Source: an uncultured Flavobacteriaceae bacterium
GTDB lineage: Bacteria; Bacteroidota; Bacteroidia; Flavobacteriales; Flavobacteriaceae
Length of the DNA: 64,000 nt
Direction of reading: 5' to 3'
Assembly (NCBI GenBank): GCA_905479415.1
Contig: CAJQMK010000002.1
Span: 18,727 to 82,726, forward strand
This document shows positions 1 through 8,858 of this stretch, piece by piece. The notes below the pieces were generated by a model, which made no database searches, was not told where the DNA came from, and worked only from the letters and a program-made list of their open reading frames with translations. A program made the translations under genes and the position numbers. Numbering within the stretch: position 1 is the stretch's first letter; every line of letters starts with the position of its first letter.

Positions 1-585
1 AGAATGTTTTCTATTAGTATCTTGATTGTCTCTAAGTTTTATATTTTCTAAAACCTCTTTGTATGTAATATTTTTGTCAATTAAAAATAGTTCATCGAAT
101 CTTCGTTTGGCTCTTAATTCCATTGTAGCTTCGAGGTAAAATTTAATTTCAGCATCTGGAAAAACAACTGTGCCAATATCACGACCATCCATAATTACCC
201 CCTTATTAAAACCAAGTGAGTGTTGAACGCGAACCATTTGCTGTCTTAACTCGTCTACTGTTGCGATTTCACTAACTAAATTAGAAACCGTTAATGATCT
301 AATTTTATTTTCATAAGGGATTCCGTTCAAATGAACCTCGAATTTGTTATTAATTGAGCTCTTCCTAAAATCAATATAAATATTTGGTATATCATTTATT
401 AATTTTATTTTATCAAAATGATTTTTAGATATATATTTTTGTTGAATAGAATAATAAGTTAATGCTCTATACATTGCACCTGAGTCAATATATTTATAAT
501 TTAATTTTTTAGATATCCTCTTGGCTAAAGTACTTTTTCCAGTAGATGAAGTACCATCGATTGCTATTATAATTTTACTTGACAT
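1..585 (-). CDS. cmk: cytidylate kinase, partial (C-terminus lies beyond the window start)
   Basis: Not in the ORF track because it runs off the edge. My minus-strand translation from ATG at 585-583 reads MSSKIIIAIDGTSSTGKSTLAKRISKKLNYKYIDSGAMYRAL...MDGRDIGTVVFPDAEIKFYL. It has a P-loop plus IDSGAMYRA and GRDIGTVV motifs typical of Cmk. An in-frame TAG immediately upstream fixes the start. The start overlaps the lon stop by 11 nt. Confidence 0.9.
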   Translation of the reverse strand, partial: MSSKIIIAIDGTSSTGKSTLAKRISKKLNYKYIDSGAMYRALTYYSIQQKYISKNHFDKIKLINDIPNIYIDFRKSSINNKFEVHLNGIPYENKIRSLTVSNLVSEIATVDELRQQMVRVQHSLGFNKGVIMDGRDIGTVVFPDAEIKFYLEATMELRAKRRFDELFLIDKNITYKEVLENIKLRDNQDTNRKHS

Positions 586-3031
586 CTAAATTCTTATGGT
601 TCTTAACATTTTGATTTGTAATTGCAATATCTAAAACTTGTTTCATACTTGAAACATAATGAAAAGTTAATCCTTTTAAATAACTAGAATCGATTTCATC
701 AATATTTTTCTTATTATCCTTGCACAAAATAATTTCTTTAATTTTTGCTCTCTTTGCAGCTAATATTTTTTCTTTAATTCCCCCAACAGGCAAGACCTTT
801 CCTCTGAGAGTAATTTCTCCGGTCATGGCAAGTTTGGATTTTACTCTTTTTTGTGTTAATAATGAAACTAATGAAGTTAACATTGTAATACCAGCGCTAG
901 GTCCATCTTTTGGAGTTGCCCCCTCTGGGACATGAATATGTATATTATGCTTAGTTAGTGTTTCTAGTTTTATTAGTAAATCGTCAGCGTTGGACTTAAT
1001 GTATTCCAATGCTATTGTGGCAGATTCTTTCATAACTTTACCCAAATTACCTGTAATGGACAAATTACCTTTTCCTTTGGAAAGTGCCGATTCAATAAAT
1101 AAAATATCACCACCAAATTGAGTCCATGCCAAACCAGTTACTACACCTGCAACCTCATTATTTTCATATTGATCTTTTGAAATGGATACTCCTAAAATTT
1201 TATAAATATCTTCTAAATTTAAATCAGATGAATATTCTTCTTGCATTGCAATACACTTAGCAACATTTCTAATTATTTTTGCTATTTGTTTTTCTAAACC
1301 TCTTACACCTGATTCTCTAGTGTAACCGTCTATTATTTTCTCACATGATTGTTTATTGATTTTTACGATATTTTTTGACAAGCCATGTTCTTCAATTTGT
1401 TTTGGAATTAAATGTTTTTTAGCAATATTGTATTTTTCTTCAATTGTGTAGCCTGAAACATGCACAATTTCCATTCTATCTCTAAGTGCAGGTTGTACAT
1501 TGGCAATGTTATTCGATGTAGCAATAAACATAACTTTTGACAAATCAAATCCAGACTCAATAAAATTATCATAGAAAGAAGTGTTTTGTTCAGGATCTAA
1601 AACCTCTAGCATTGCCGAAGAAGGATCACCTTGATTTCCAACAGAAAGTTTGTCGATTTCATCTAATACAAAAACAGGATTTGAAGTTTTTGCCTTTTTT
1701 AAACTTTGAATTATCCTACCCGGCATAGCACCAATGTATGTTTTCCTGTGTCCTCTTATTTCAGATTCATCTCTAAGTCCACCTAACGAAATTCTTACAT
1801 ATTCTCTACCTAGTGCTTCAGCAATTGACTTACCTAAAGATGTTTTTCCAACACCCGGAGGCCCATTAAAACAAAGAATTGGAGATTTCATATCGTTTCT
1901 AAGTTTTAAAACTGCTATGTGTTCAATAATTCTCTTTTTAACATCCTTCAAACCATAGTGATCTCTATCTAATATTTTATTTGATCTTTTTAAATCAAAA
2001 TTGTCTTTAGAGAATTCGTTCCATGGAAGATCTAAATAAGTGTCTAAATAATTTCTTTGAATCGAATATTCAGCAACTTGAGGATTCATTCTTTGCAACT
2101 TAGATAATTCCTTTTTAAAATGATCACCAATTTCTTTTGACCACTTTTTTTTTGTAGACTTAATTCTCATTTCATTTACTTCTTCATCGTAAGAAACACC
2201 ACCCAATTCTTCTTGAATAGTCTTTAATTGCTGATGTAAAAAATATTCTCTTTGTTGTTGATCTAAGTCTGATCTAACTTTAGACTGAATATCGTTTTTG
2301 AGTGATAGTCTTTGTAATTCAATATTCATTTGTTTTAAACACATAAGAGCTCTTTTGTTTAAATCACTTGTGTTTAATATTTCATATTTTTCCTTTACAG
2401 ATAAATTCATATTTGAGCACACAAAATTCACTAAGAAAGAATCACTCTGAATATTTTTTATAGCAAAAGAAGCTTCGCTGGGAATATTTGGATTTTCATC
2501 AATAATTTTGAGAGCTATATCTTTTATAGATTCTATTGTAGCGATAAACTCTTTATTATTTTTTTCAGGTTTTAACTCAATGATTTCTTTTACAGTAGCT
2601 GTAATGTAAGGATCTTCAGAGATAATCTGTTCAATGGAAAATCTTTTCTTTCCCTGAATAATTACCGTAACATTTCCGTCAGGCATTTTTAATACTCTCA
2701 AAATTTTAGCAACTGTTCCAGTTGGATGAATATCAGTAAGAGAAGGAGTTTGAATTTTAGGATCAATTTGAGAAACAACTCCAATCAATTTATCATTAGA
2801 ATTAGCATCTTTTATTAATTTAATTGATTTATCTCTCGAAGCTGTAATCGGTATAACAACACCCGGAAACATAACCGTATTTTTTAATGGTAAAATAGGA
2901 AGTTTTTCAGGAAGAGATTCTTTTGAAATAGCTTCTTCATCGTCAGACGTCATTAAAGGAATTAAATCTGAATCTTCATCAATATTTTGAAGTGACATCA
3001 TGTCAAGATTAAGTATTTTGGTTTTAGACAT
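575..3031 (-). CDS. lon: ATP-dependent Lon protease
   Basis: 818 aa. LON N-domain, AAA+ Walker A GPPGVGKTS, C-terminal protease motif PKDGPSAG (catalytic Ser) and GGIKEKILAAKRA (catalytic Lys). Confidence 0.97.
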   Translation of the reverse strand: MSKTKILNLDMMSLQNIDEDSDLIPLMTSDDEEAISKESLPEKLPILPLKNTVMFPGVVIPITASRDKSIKLIKDANSNDKLIGVVSQIDPKIQTPSLTDIHPTGTVAKILRVLKMPDGNVTVIIQGKKRFSIEQIISEDPYITATVKEIIELKPEKNNKEFIATIESIKDIALKIIDENPNIPSEASFAIKNIQSDSFLVNFVCSNMNLSVKEKYEILNTSDLNKRALMCLKQMNIELQRLSLKNDIQSKVRSDLDQQQREYFLHQQLKTIQEELGGVSYDEEVNEMRIKSTKKKWSKEIGDHFKKELSKLQRMNPQVAEYSIQRNYLDTYLDLPWNEFSKDNFDLKRSNKILDRDHYGLKDVKKRIIEHIAVLKLRNDMKSPILCFNGPPGVGKTSLGKSIAEALGREYVRISLGGLRDESEIRGHRKTYIGAMPGRIIQSLKKAKTSNPVFVLDEIDKLSVGNQGDPSSAMLEVLDPEQNTSFYDNFIESGFDLSKVMFIATSNNIANVQPALRDRMEIVHVSGYTIEEKYNIAKKHLIPKQIEEHGLSKNIVKINKQSCEKIIDGYTRESGVRGLEKQIAKIIRNVAKCIAMQEEYSSDLNLEDIYKILGVSISKDQYENNEVAGVVTGLAWTQFGGDILFIESALSKGKGNLSITGNLGKVMKESATIALEYIKSNADDLLIKLETLTKHNIHIHVPEGATPKDGPSAGITMLTSLVSLLTQKRVKSKLAMTGEITLRGKVLPVGGIKEKILAAKRAKIKEIILCKDNKKNIDEIDSSYLKGLTFHYVSSMKQVLDIAITNQNVKNHKNLDVK

Positions 3032-3157
3032 AAATTACAATTAGGTCAATGTGTCATGTTATTAAATCGAAAAAAGAGTTTTCTATCTGATTAAAATAAA
3101 ATAAACAAAAAACATTTATTTATAATATGGATATTTCAAGTTTCATGCCATAAAGAT

Positions 3158-4465
3158 TTAATAATTTTTGATCTTAATTCTTTTTAAAAGCAATGCCCCA
3201 ATTAAAAAAATAAAAACAAAAATTAAAATAGAAGTTCTCATACTGCCTGTGATTTGATCAGCAAATGCAAATAAAGTCATTCCAAAGACAATACTAACTT
3301 TTTGAGAAACATCATAAAAACTAAAATATGAGGTAGTATTATCTGTTTCAGGAATCATTTTTGAAAAGGTAGACCTAGACAAGGCTTGTATCCCTCCCAT
3401 TACTAATCCAACAAAAGCAGCAGCTATATAAAATTCTATAGGTTCTGTAATAAAATAACCTCCTATACACAACAAAGCCCAAATAATATTTAATATTATT
3501 AGAGTATAAATATTACCAAATTTTTCAGATAATTTTGAAGTCATAATTGCTCCAAACATGGCAATTAATTGAATTAATAATATACTTACTATTAATCCTA
3601 TAGTTTTCTGATCTTTTGGCCAGTTTATTTCCTGTTCACCAAAATAAGCAGCAATTAATAAAACAGTTTGAAGAGCAGAACTGTAAACAAAAAATGCTAT
3701 TAGGTATCTTTTTATTATTAATATTTTTTTTAATTCATTCCAAACTTCAACTAACTCCTTAAAGCCATTCCAAACAACATCCTTTATAATTTTTTTCTTT
3801 TCTGATTGATTAGGTAAAAAATAAAATGTGTATTGACTAAATGATATCCACCATATTCCAACGGAAACAAATGAATATCTCATAGCAAGCAGTTCAGGGT
3901 TTTCTCCTGTTATTCCGAAATTTTCTGGATACATTACCATTGCAAGATCAAATATCAAAAGTAATACACTGCCAAAATAACCCAATGCGTATCCTTTAGC
4001 ACTTATAAAGTCTTGTTGATCTTTTAAAGCAATATCAGGAAGATATGAATTATAAAAAACTAAACTAGCCCAAAAAGAGATTAGAGCGAGAAAATAAAAA
4101 GATAATCCAATATAGATATTAGTGAGATCAAACCAATAAAGACCCATACAAGAAAGTGACCCAACATAACAAAATATTTTCAGAAAAGTTTTTTTATTAC
4201 CCATGTAATCAGCTATTCCCGATAAAAGAGGTGTTATAAATGATAATATTACAAATGCAAAAGCAGTCAAAAAACTGATTAAAGCAGTGTTTTTAAAATT
4301 AAAACCTAGAAGTTCTATATATAAATCATCAAAAAATAGTGCACCGTAATATATTGGAAATACTGCAGAGGAAATTACTAGTGGATAAGCAGAGTTTGCC
4401 CAATCATAAATAGCCCAAGCGTTCAGTAATTTTTGGTCTCCTTTTTTATATTTACTACTAATCAT
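3158..4465 (-). CDS. MFS transporter (UMF1/Atg22-like family)
   Basis: 435 aa with about 12 hydrophobic spans. The N-terminus LNAWAIYDWANSAYPLVI is typical of this MFS subfamily. Confidence 0.8.
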   Translation of the reverse strand: MISSKYKKGDQKLLNAWAIYDWANSAYPLVISSAVFPIYYGALFFDDLYIELLGFNFKNTALISFLTAFAFVILSFITPLLSGIADYMGNKKTFLKIFCYVGSLSCMGLYWFDLTNIYIGLSFYFLALISFWASLVFYNSYLPDIALKDQQDFISAKGYALGYFGSVLLLIFDLAMVMYPENFGITGENPELLAMRYSFVSVGIWWISFSQYTFYFLPNQSEKKKIIKDVVWNGFKELVEVWNELKKILIIKRYLIAFFVYSSALQTVLLIAAYFGEQEINWPKDQKTIGLIVSILLIQLIAMFGAIMTSKLSEKFGNIYTLIILNIIWALLCIGGYFITEPIEFYIAAAFVGLVMGGIQALSRSTFSKMIPETDNTTSYFSFYDVSQKVSIVFGMTLFAFADQITGSMRTSILIFVFIFLIGALLLKRIKIKNY

Positions 4466-4544
4466 TTATAAGAATGATATGCAATATAGTTAATTGATTT
4501 ATGATTATATTAAAATTAATAATTAATTTCGCACCAGTTAAGAT

Positions 4545-4928
4545 ATGAGATTTTCAATTATACTTATTATAATAATTATCAATCAAGGTTGTGAAAACAT
4601 TACAAAAATTGACAATAATATTAGTAATGATAACAGCACATATTTATGTGTAAAATGTGGTTCATCATTATACTTTGAAAATGAGCTTTTTTTAGAAAAT
4701 GATAATAGTAAAGATTTTAATACTTCAATTGAAAAAAAAGTAAAAGTTTTTGATAATATTTCTGAATTAGCAATTTTTGATTCAATTAAAAATAAATCGA
4801 AAACTGAGCTGTTTTGCACGAAATGTGATACTAATATAGGTAACCTTATAAATGACGAAAAGGGACAAAGACATTGCATTGACAAAAATGCAATAATTTT
4901 AAAAAATTTAATAAATGAAAAATTTTAA
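4545..4928 (+). CDS. MsrB-like (Mss4-fold) degenerate paralogue, predicted lipoprotein
   Basis: 127 aa. Hydrophobic N-terminus ending in the lipobox-like INQGC. Two CxxC pairs (CVKC, CTKC). The C-terminal block ELFCTKCDTNIGNLINDEKGQRHCIDKNAI aligns with EVKCSKCDGHLGHVFNDGP..GKRYCINSAAL of the downstream MsrB. GWPSF is replaced by NSKDF and both His by Asn. It overlaps msrB by 14 nt. Confidence 0.6.
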   Translation: MRFSIILIIIIINQGCENITKIDNNISNDNSTYLCVKCGSSLYFENELFLENDNSKDFNTSIEKKVKVFDNISELAIFDSIKNKSKTELFCTKCDTNIGNLINDEKGQRHCIDKNAIILKNLINEKF

Positions 4929-5373
4929 ACAAGCACTTATTTTTGTAGCAATTTTGGCTAGCTCAATAAATTTCTCACAAAACAACGAAAAAATGATAAA
5001 AACTGATACGGAATGGAAAAACACTCTTGGTGAAATGAGTTATCAAGTTCTTAGAAATTCATACACCGAAAGACCTTTTACTGGAGAGTATAATCTTCAT
5101 TTTGAAAAAGGATCTTATAATTGCAAAGGATGTAATCAAAAATTATTTGAAAGCAATAATAAATATGAAAGTAATTGTGGATGGCCTAGTTTTGATCAAG
5201 CTATTCCTGATAGAATTACATATATTAGAGATTACTCACACAACATGAACAGAATTGAAGTTAAATGCTCAAAATGTGATGGACATTTAGGACATGTTTT
5301 TAATGACGGACCAAAGCAAACAACAGGTAAACGATATTGTATAAATTCAGCAGCTTTATCATTTAATAAATAA
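4915..5373 (+). CDS. msrB: peptide-methionine (R)-S-oxide reductase MsrB, with apparent N-terminal signal peptide
   Basis: 152 aa. CKGC...GCGWPSF...CSKCDGHLGHVFNDGP...RYCINSAAL are canonical MsrB motifs. The N-terminal MKNFKQALIFVAILASSINFSQ looks like a Sec signal. An alternative cytoplasmic start is at M27 (nt 4993). Confidence 0.93.
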   Translation: MKNFKQALIFVAILASSINFSQNNEKMIKTDTEWKNTLGEMSYQVLRNSYTERPFTGEYNLHFEKGSYNCKGCNQKLFESNNKYESNCGWPSFDQAIPDRITYIRDYSHNMNRIEVKCSKCDGHLGHVFNDGPKQTTGKRYCINSAALSFNK

Positions 5374-5375
5374 TT

Positions 5376-6773
5376 ATGGAAAAATTCGATTTAATAATTC
5401 TTGGAAGTGGACCAGGCGGATATGTAACTGCAATTAGAGCATCTCAGTTGGGCTTAAAAACTGCAATAATAGAAAAAGAAAGTTTAGGTGGTGTTTGTTT
5501 AAATTGGGGGTGTATTCCAACTAAAGCACTATTAAAATCTGCACAAGTTTTTGATTACATAAAGCACTCTGAGGATTACGGAATTTCTGTAGAAAATTAC
5601 GATAAAAATTTTGATAACGTTATTAACAGGAGTAGAAAAGTTGCTCAAACCATGAGCAAAGGAGTAAACTTTTTAATGAAAAAAAATAATATAAAAATAT
5701 TTGAGGGTTTTGGTAAACTTTCACCGAATAAAACAATTAATATTACTGACCAAAATGGATCTGAAAGTAAAATTACGGGTGAAAAAATAATTATTGCAAC
5801 TGGAGCTAGATCAAGAGAATTACCATTTTTAAAAAAAGATGGTAAAAGAATAATTGGCTATAGAGAGGCTATGACTCTTGATAAACAACCAAAGGATATT
5901 GTAATAGTAGGTTCAGGAGCAATAGGAATTGAATTCGCATATTTTTATAATTCTATGGGAACATCTGTGACAATAGTTGAATACATGGATAGAATTGTTC
6001 CTGTAGAAGATTCTGAAATTTCTAAAGAATTAGAAAAAAGTTTAAAAAAGAAAGGGATTAATATTTTAACATCAACTGAAGTAGAAAAAGCAGAAATCAA
6101 TAGTTCTAACACTGTTGATGTGACTTTAAAAACTTCGAATGGTAAAAAAAACATTATAAATACCGAAATAGTATTAAGTGCTGTTGGAATTAAAACTAAT
6201 ATTGAAAATATTGGTTTAGAAGATTTAGGAATTAAAATTGAAAAAGATAAGATTTTAGTTGATGATTTCTACATGACAAATGTAAAAGATTACTATGCTA
6301 TTGGAGATGTAGTAAAAGGACAAGCATTAGCCCACGTTGCTTCTGCAGAAGGAATATTATGTGTTGAGAAAATAGCTGGTCATGACGTAAATCCATTAGA
6401 CTATAATAACATTCCTGGTTGCACTTACTGTAGTCCCGAAATCGCTTCCGTTGGGTTTACTGAACAACAAGCAATTGACAATGGTTATGATATTAAAATC
6501 GGAAAATTTCCGTTTTCAGCATCTGGAAAAGCGCAAGCATCTGGAAAAAGCGAAGGATTTGTAAAAGTAATATTTGATGCTAAGTATGGAGAATGGTTAG
6601 GTTGTCATATGATTGGAGAAGGTGTTACAGATATGATAGCCGAGGCTGTTGTTGGTAGAAAATTGGAAACAACTGGATATGAAATTTTAAAAACAGTTCA
6701 TCCTCACCCTACAATGAGTGAAGCTGTTATGGAAGCTGTAGCCGCAGCTTATGACGAAGTTATTCACTTGTAA
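5376..6773 (+). CDS. lpdA: dihydrolipoyl dehydrogenase (E3)
   Basis: 465 aa. FAD motif GSGPGGY, redox disulfide GGVCLNWGCIPTK, C-terminal HPHPTMSE dimer-interface motif. Confidence 0.95.
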   Translation: MEKFDLIILGSGPGGYVTAIRASQLGLKTAIIEKESLGGVCLNWGCIPTKALLKSAQVFDYIKHSEDYGISVENYDKNFDNVINRSRKVAQTMSKGVNFLMKKNNIKIFEGFGKLSPNKTINITDQNGSESKITGEKIIIATGARSRELPFLKKDGKRIIGYREAMTLDKQPKDIVIVGSGAIGIEFAYFYNSMGTSVTIVEYMDRIVPVEDSEISKELEKSLKKKGINILTSTEVEKAEINSSNTVDVTLKTSNGKKNIINTEIVLSAVGIKTNIENIGLEDLGIKIEKDKILVDDFYMTNVKDYYAIGDVVKGQALAHVASAEGILCVEKIAGHDVNPLDYNNIPGCTYCSPEIASVGFTEQQAIDNGYDIKIGKFPFSASGKAQASGKSEGFVKVIFDAKYGEWLGCHMIGEGVTDMIAEAVVGRKLETTGYEILKTVHPHPTMSEAVMEAVAAAYDEVIHL

Positions 6774-6775
6774 TA

Positions 6776-7192
6776 TTATTTATTAAAGCTTTCAATCGCT
6801 AAATCATAACTCTTAAGTCCAAATCCAAGAATTACTCCTTTGACATGAGCACTTAAAAAAGATTTATGTCTAAACTCTTCTCTTGAATAAGTGTTCGAAA
6901 TATGAACCTCAATAACAGGTGAAGAAACTGACCTTATTGCATCTCCTATTCCAACAGATGTATGTGTATATGCAGCTGCATTTATAATAATTCCATCAAA
7001 ATTAAAACCAACTTCTTGAATTTTTTCAATAAGTTCACCCTCAATGTTTGATTGAAAATAATGTAATTCCAAATTATTAAATTTTATTTTCAGTTTTTTA
7101 AAGTAATCTTCAAAACTCTGATCACCATATATGTTTTTTTCTCTTTTACCTAAAAGGTTCAAATTAGGACCATTAATAATTTGTAATTTCAT
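6776..7192 (-). CDS. aroQ: type II 3-dehydroquinate dehydratase
   Basis: 138 aa. INGPNLNLLGKRE..IYG and INAAAYTHTSVGIGDA motifs. Confidence 0.95.
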   Translation of the reverse strand: MKLQIINGPNLNLLGKREKNIYGDQSFEDYFKKLKIKFNNLELHYFQSNIEGELIEKIQEVGFNFDGIIINAAAYTHTSVGIGDAIRSVSSPVIEVHISNTYSREEFRHKSFLSAHVKGVILGFGLKSYDLAIESFNK

Positions 7193-7244
7193 TGAAAAAT
7201 ATAAAGTTTAAATATAATATTTAATTTACACTATAAAAGAAATA

Positions 7245-8147
7245 ATGAAGTGGGAAAAATTAATTAAAGAATTTAAAAACTATTTGATAATAGAAAGAAA
7301 TTTATCAAAAAACACAGTTGACAGTTATTTATTTGATATTGAAAAATTAAAATCATTTTTAAATTTTCATAAATCAAAAATTAATCCACTTAAAGTCAAC
7401 GAATTAATAGCTAAAGAATTTGTATACCAAATTTCAAAAAAAGTAAAATCATCTACTCAAGCAAGAATAATTTCTGGTGTTAAAAGGTTTTATGATTATA
7501 TTATTTTAGAAAAATTCATAGATGAAAATCCATTTCAAAATATAGAAACTCCAAAAACTGGAACTAAACTCCCTGTTACACTGACAACTAAAGAAATAGA
7601 TAAAATAATAAACAGTATAAGTTCTAAGTCTAAAAATAAACTTAGAAATACCGCACTTCTTGAGGTTCTTTACAGTTGTGGACTTAGAGTATCTGAGCTA
7701 ATAACATTAAAAATTTCTGATTTATTTTTAAAAGAATCTTTAATTAAAGTGACCGGAAAAGGAAATAAAGAAAGGTTTGTTCCTATTAGTGATGAAGCAA
7801 AAAATTATATTGAAAATTATATTATTCAAAAAAGAAATTCTCAAAAAATTAAAAAAGGGCACGAGGACACATTATTTATTAATGAAAGAGGAAGTGGACT
7901 AACTAGGGTTATGATCTATTTAATCATAAAAGATTTAAATAAAAAAACAGATATAAAGAAAAAAATAGGTCCTCATACATTTAGGCATTCATTTGCTACA
8001 CATCTATTAGAAAACGGTGCTGATCTAATTACTATTCAAAATATGTTAGGACATGAGAACATTGTGACAACTGAGCGCTATCTTCATGTAAATAAAAAAC
8101 ATCTTTTAGAATCAATGAATAAATTTCATCCTAGAAATAAAATGTGA
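7245..8147 (+). CDS. xerD: site-specific tyrosine recombinase XerD-type
   Basis: 300 aa. SAM-like N-domain. Catalytic residues are in LYSCGLRVSEL ... HTFRHSFATHLLENGADLITIQNMLGHENIVTTERYLH. Confidence 0.88.
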   Translation: MKWEKLIKEFKNYLIIERNLSKNTVDSYLFDIEKLKSFLNFHKSKINPLKVNELIAKEFVYQISKKVKSSTQARIISGVKRFYDYIILEKFIDENPFQNIETPKTGTKLPVTLTTKEIDKIINSISSKSKNKLRNTALLEVLYSCGLRVSELITLKISDLFLKESLIKVTGKGNKERFVPISDEAKNYIENYIIQKRNSQKIKKGHEDTLFINERGSGLTRVMIYLIIKDLNKKTDIKKKIGPHTFRHSFATHLLENGADLITIQNMLGHENIVTTERYLHVNKKHLLESMNKFHPRNKM

Positions 8148-8148
8148 A

Positions 8149-8853
8149 TTATTTTCTTGCTATTAATCGAAAACCTTCACCATGAATATTTTCAATTTCA
8201 AGCTTATCGTCTTTTTGTAAATATTTTCTAATTTTAGCAATATAAACGTCCATACTTCTAGATGTGAAATAATTATCATCATTCCAAATCTTTATTAGAG
8301 CAAGCTCGCGAGGCATTAGGTCGTTTAAATGATTTAAAAGCAACTTTAATAATTCATTTTCTTTAGGAGACAACTTAACATCTTCTTCATTTTTATACCT
8401 TAAAATTCTAAGTTTAGAATTAAAAGTAAAATCAGAAAACTCATAAAGAAATTTAACTTTAGTCTCAGATTTTGATACTTTTTTTCTTTTAAAAATTGAC
8501 TTAATTTTTAATAAAAGAATGTCGGAATCAAAAGGCTTTGTTAAATAATCGTCAGCACCCAACTTATATCCTTTTAACACATCATCTTTTAATGTTTTTG
8601 CAGTCAAAAAGAATAAAGGAACATCATTGTTTAAATCTCTAATTTCTTTGGCTAAGGTAAATCCATCTTTAAATGGTAACATAACATCCAGAATACATAA
8701 TCCAAAACTATTTTTTTTAAATTTCTCAAGTCCTTCAATACCATTTTTAGCAAGAGTAACATTGTAAGAATGTAACTTTAAAAAATCATTAAGAATGGCA
8801 CCAAAATTTACATCATCCTCAACAAGTAAAATATTTTTCTCATTATTTTTCAT
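8149..8853 (-). CDS. OmpR-family response regulator
   Basis: 234 aa. Receiver domain (EDD...DVMLP phospho-Asp, TAK) plus a C-terminal winged-helix Trans_reg_C-like domain. Confidence 0.9.
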   Translation of the reverse strand: MKNNEKNILLVEDDVNFGAILNDFLKLHSYNVTLAKNGIEGLEKFKKNSFGLCILDVMLPFKDGFTLAKEIRDLNNDVPLFFLTAKTLKDDVLKGYKLGADDYLTKPFDSDILLLKIKSIFKRKKVSKSETKVKFLYEFSDFTFNSKLRILRYKNEEDVKLSPKENELLKLLLNHLNDLMPRELALIKIWNDDNYFTSRSMDVYIAKIRKYLQKDDKLEIENIHGEGFRLIARK

Positions 8854-8858
8854 GTTTT

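Noticed and set aside
4524-4533. Identical 10-mer TAATTTCGCA upstream of the MsrB-like gene and again upstream of rplS (31834-31843).
   Set aside because: Both probably reflect the -7 promoter consensus (TAnnTTTG-like). For AT-rich DNA, a few chance 10-mer matches among about 2 kb of intergenic sequence are expected, so I do not treat it as a specific shared regulatory element.
4583-4885. 100-aa minus-strand ORF competing with the 127-aa MsrB-like ORF.
   Set aside because: It is in the same permissive antisense frame. The plus-strand ORF has a lipobox, two CxxC pairs and clear collinearity with the adjacent MsrB, so the plus strand is taken as coding.
7245-8147. Tyrosine recombinase as a marker of a mobile element.
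   Set aside because: Its size, its XerD-type motifs and its flanking housekeeping genes (aroQ, lpd, a two-component system) fit the chromosomal dimer-resolution recombinase. No flanking repeats or cargo genes are present.
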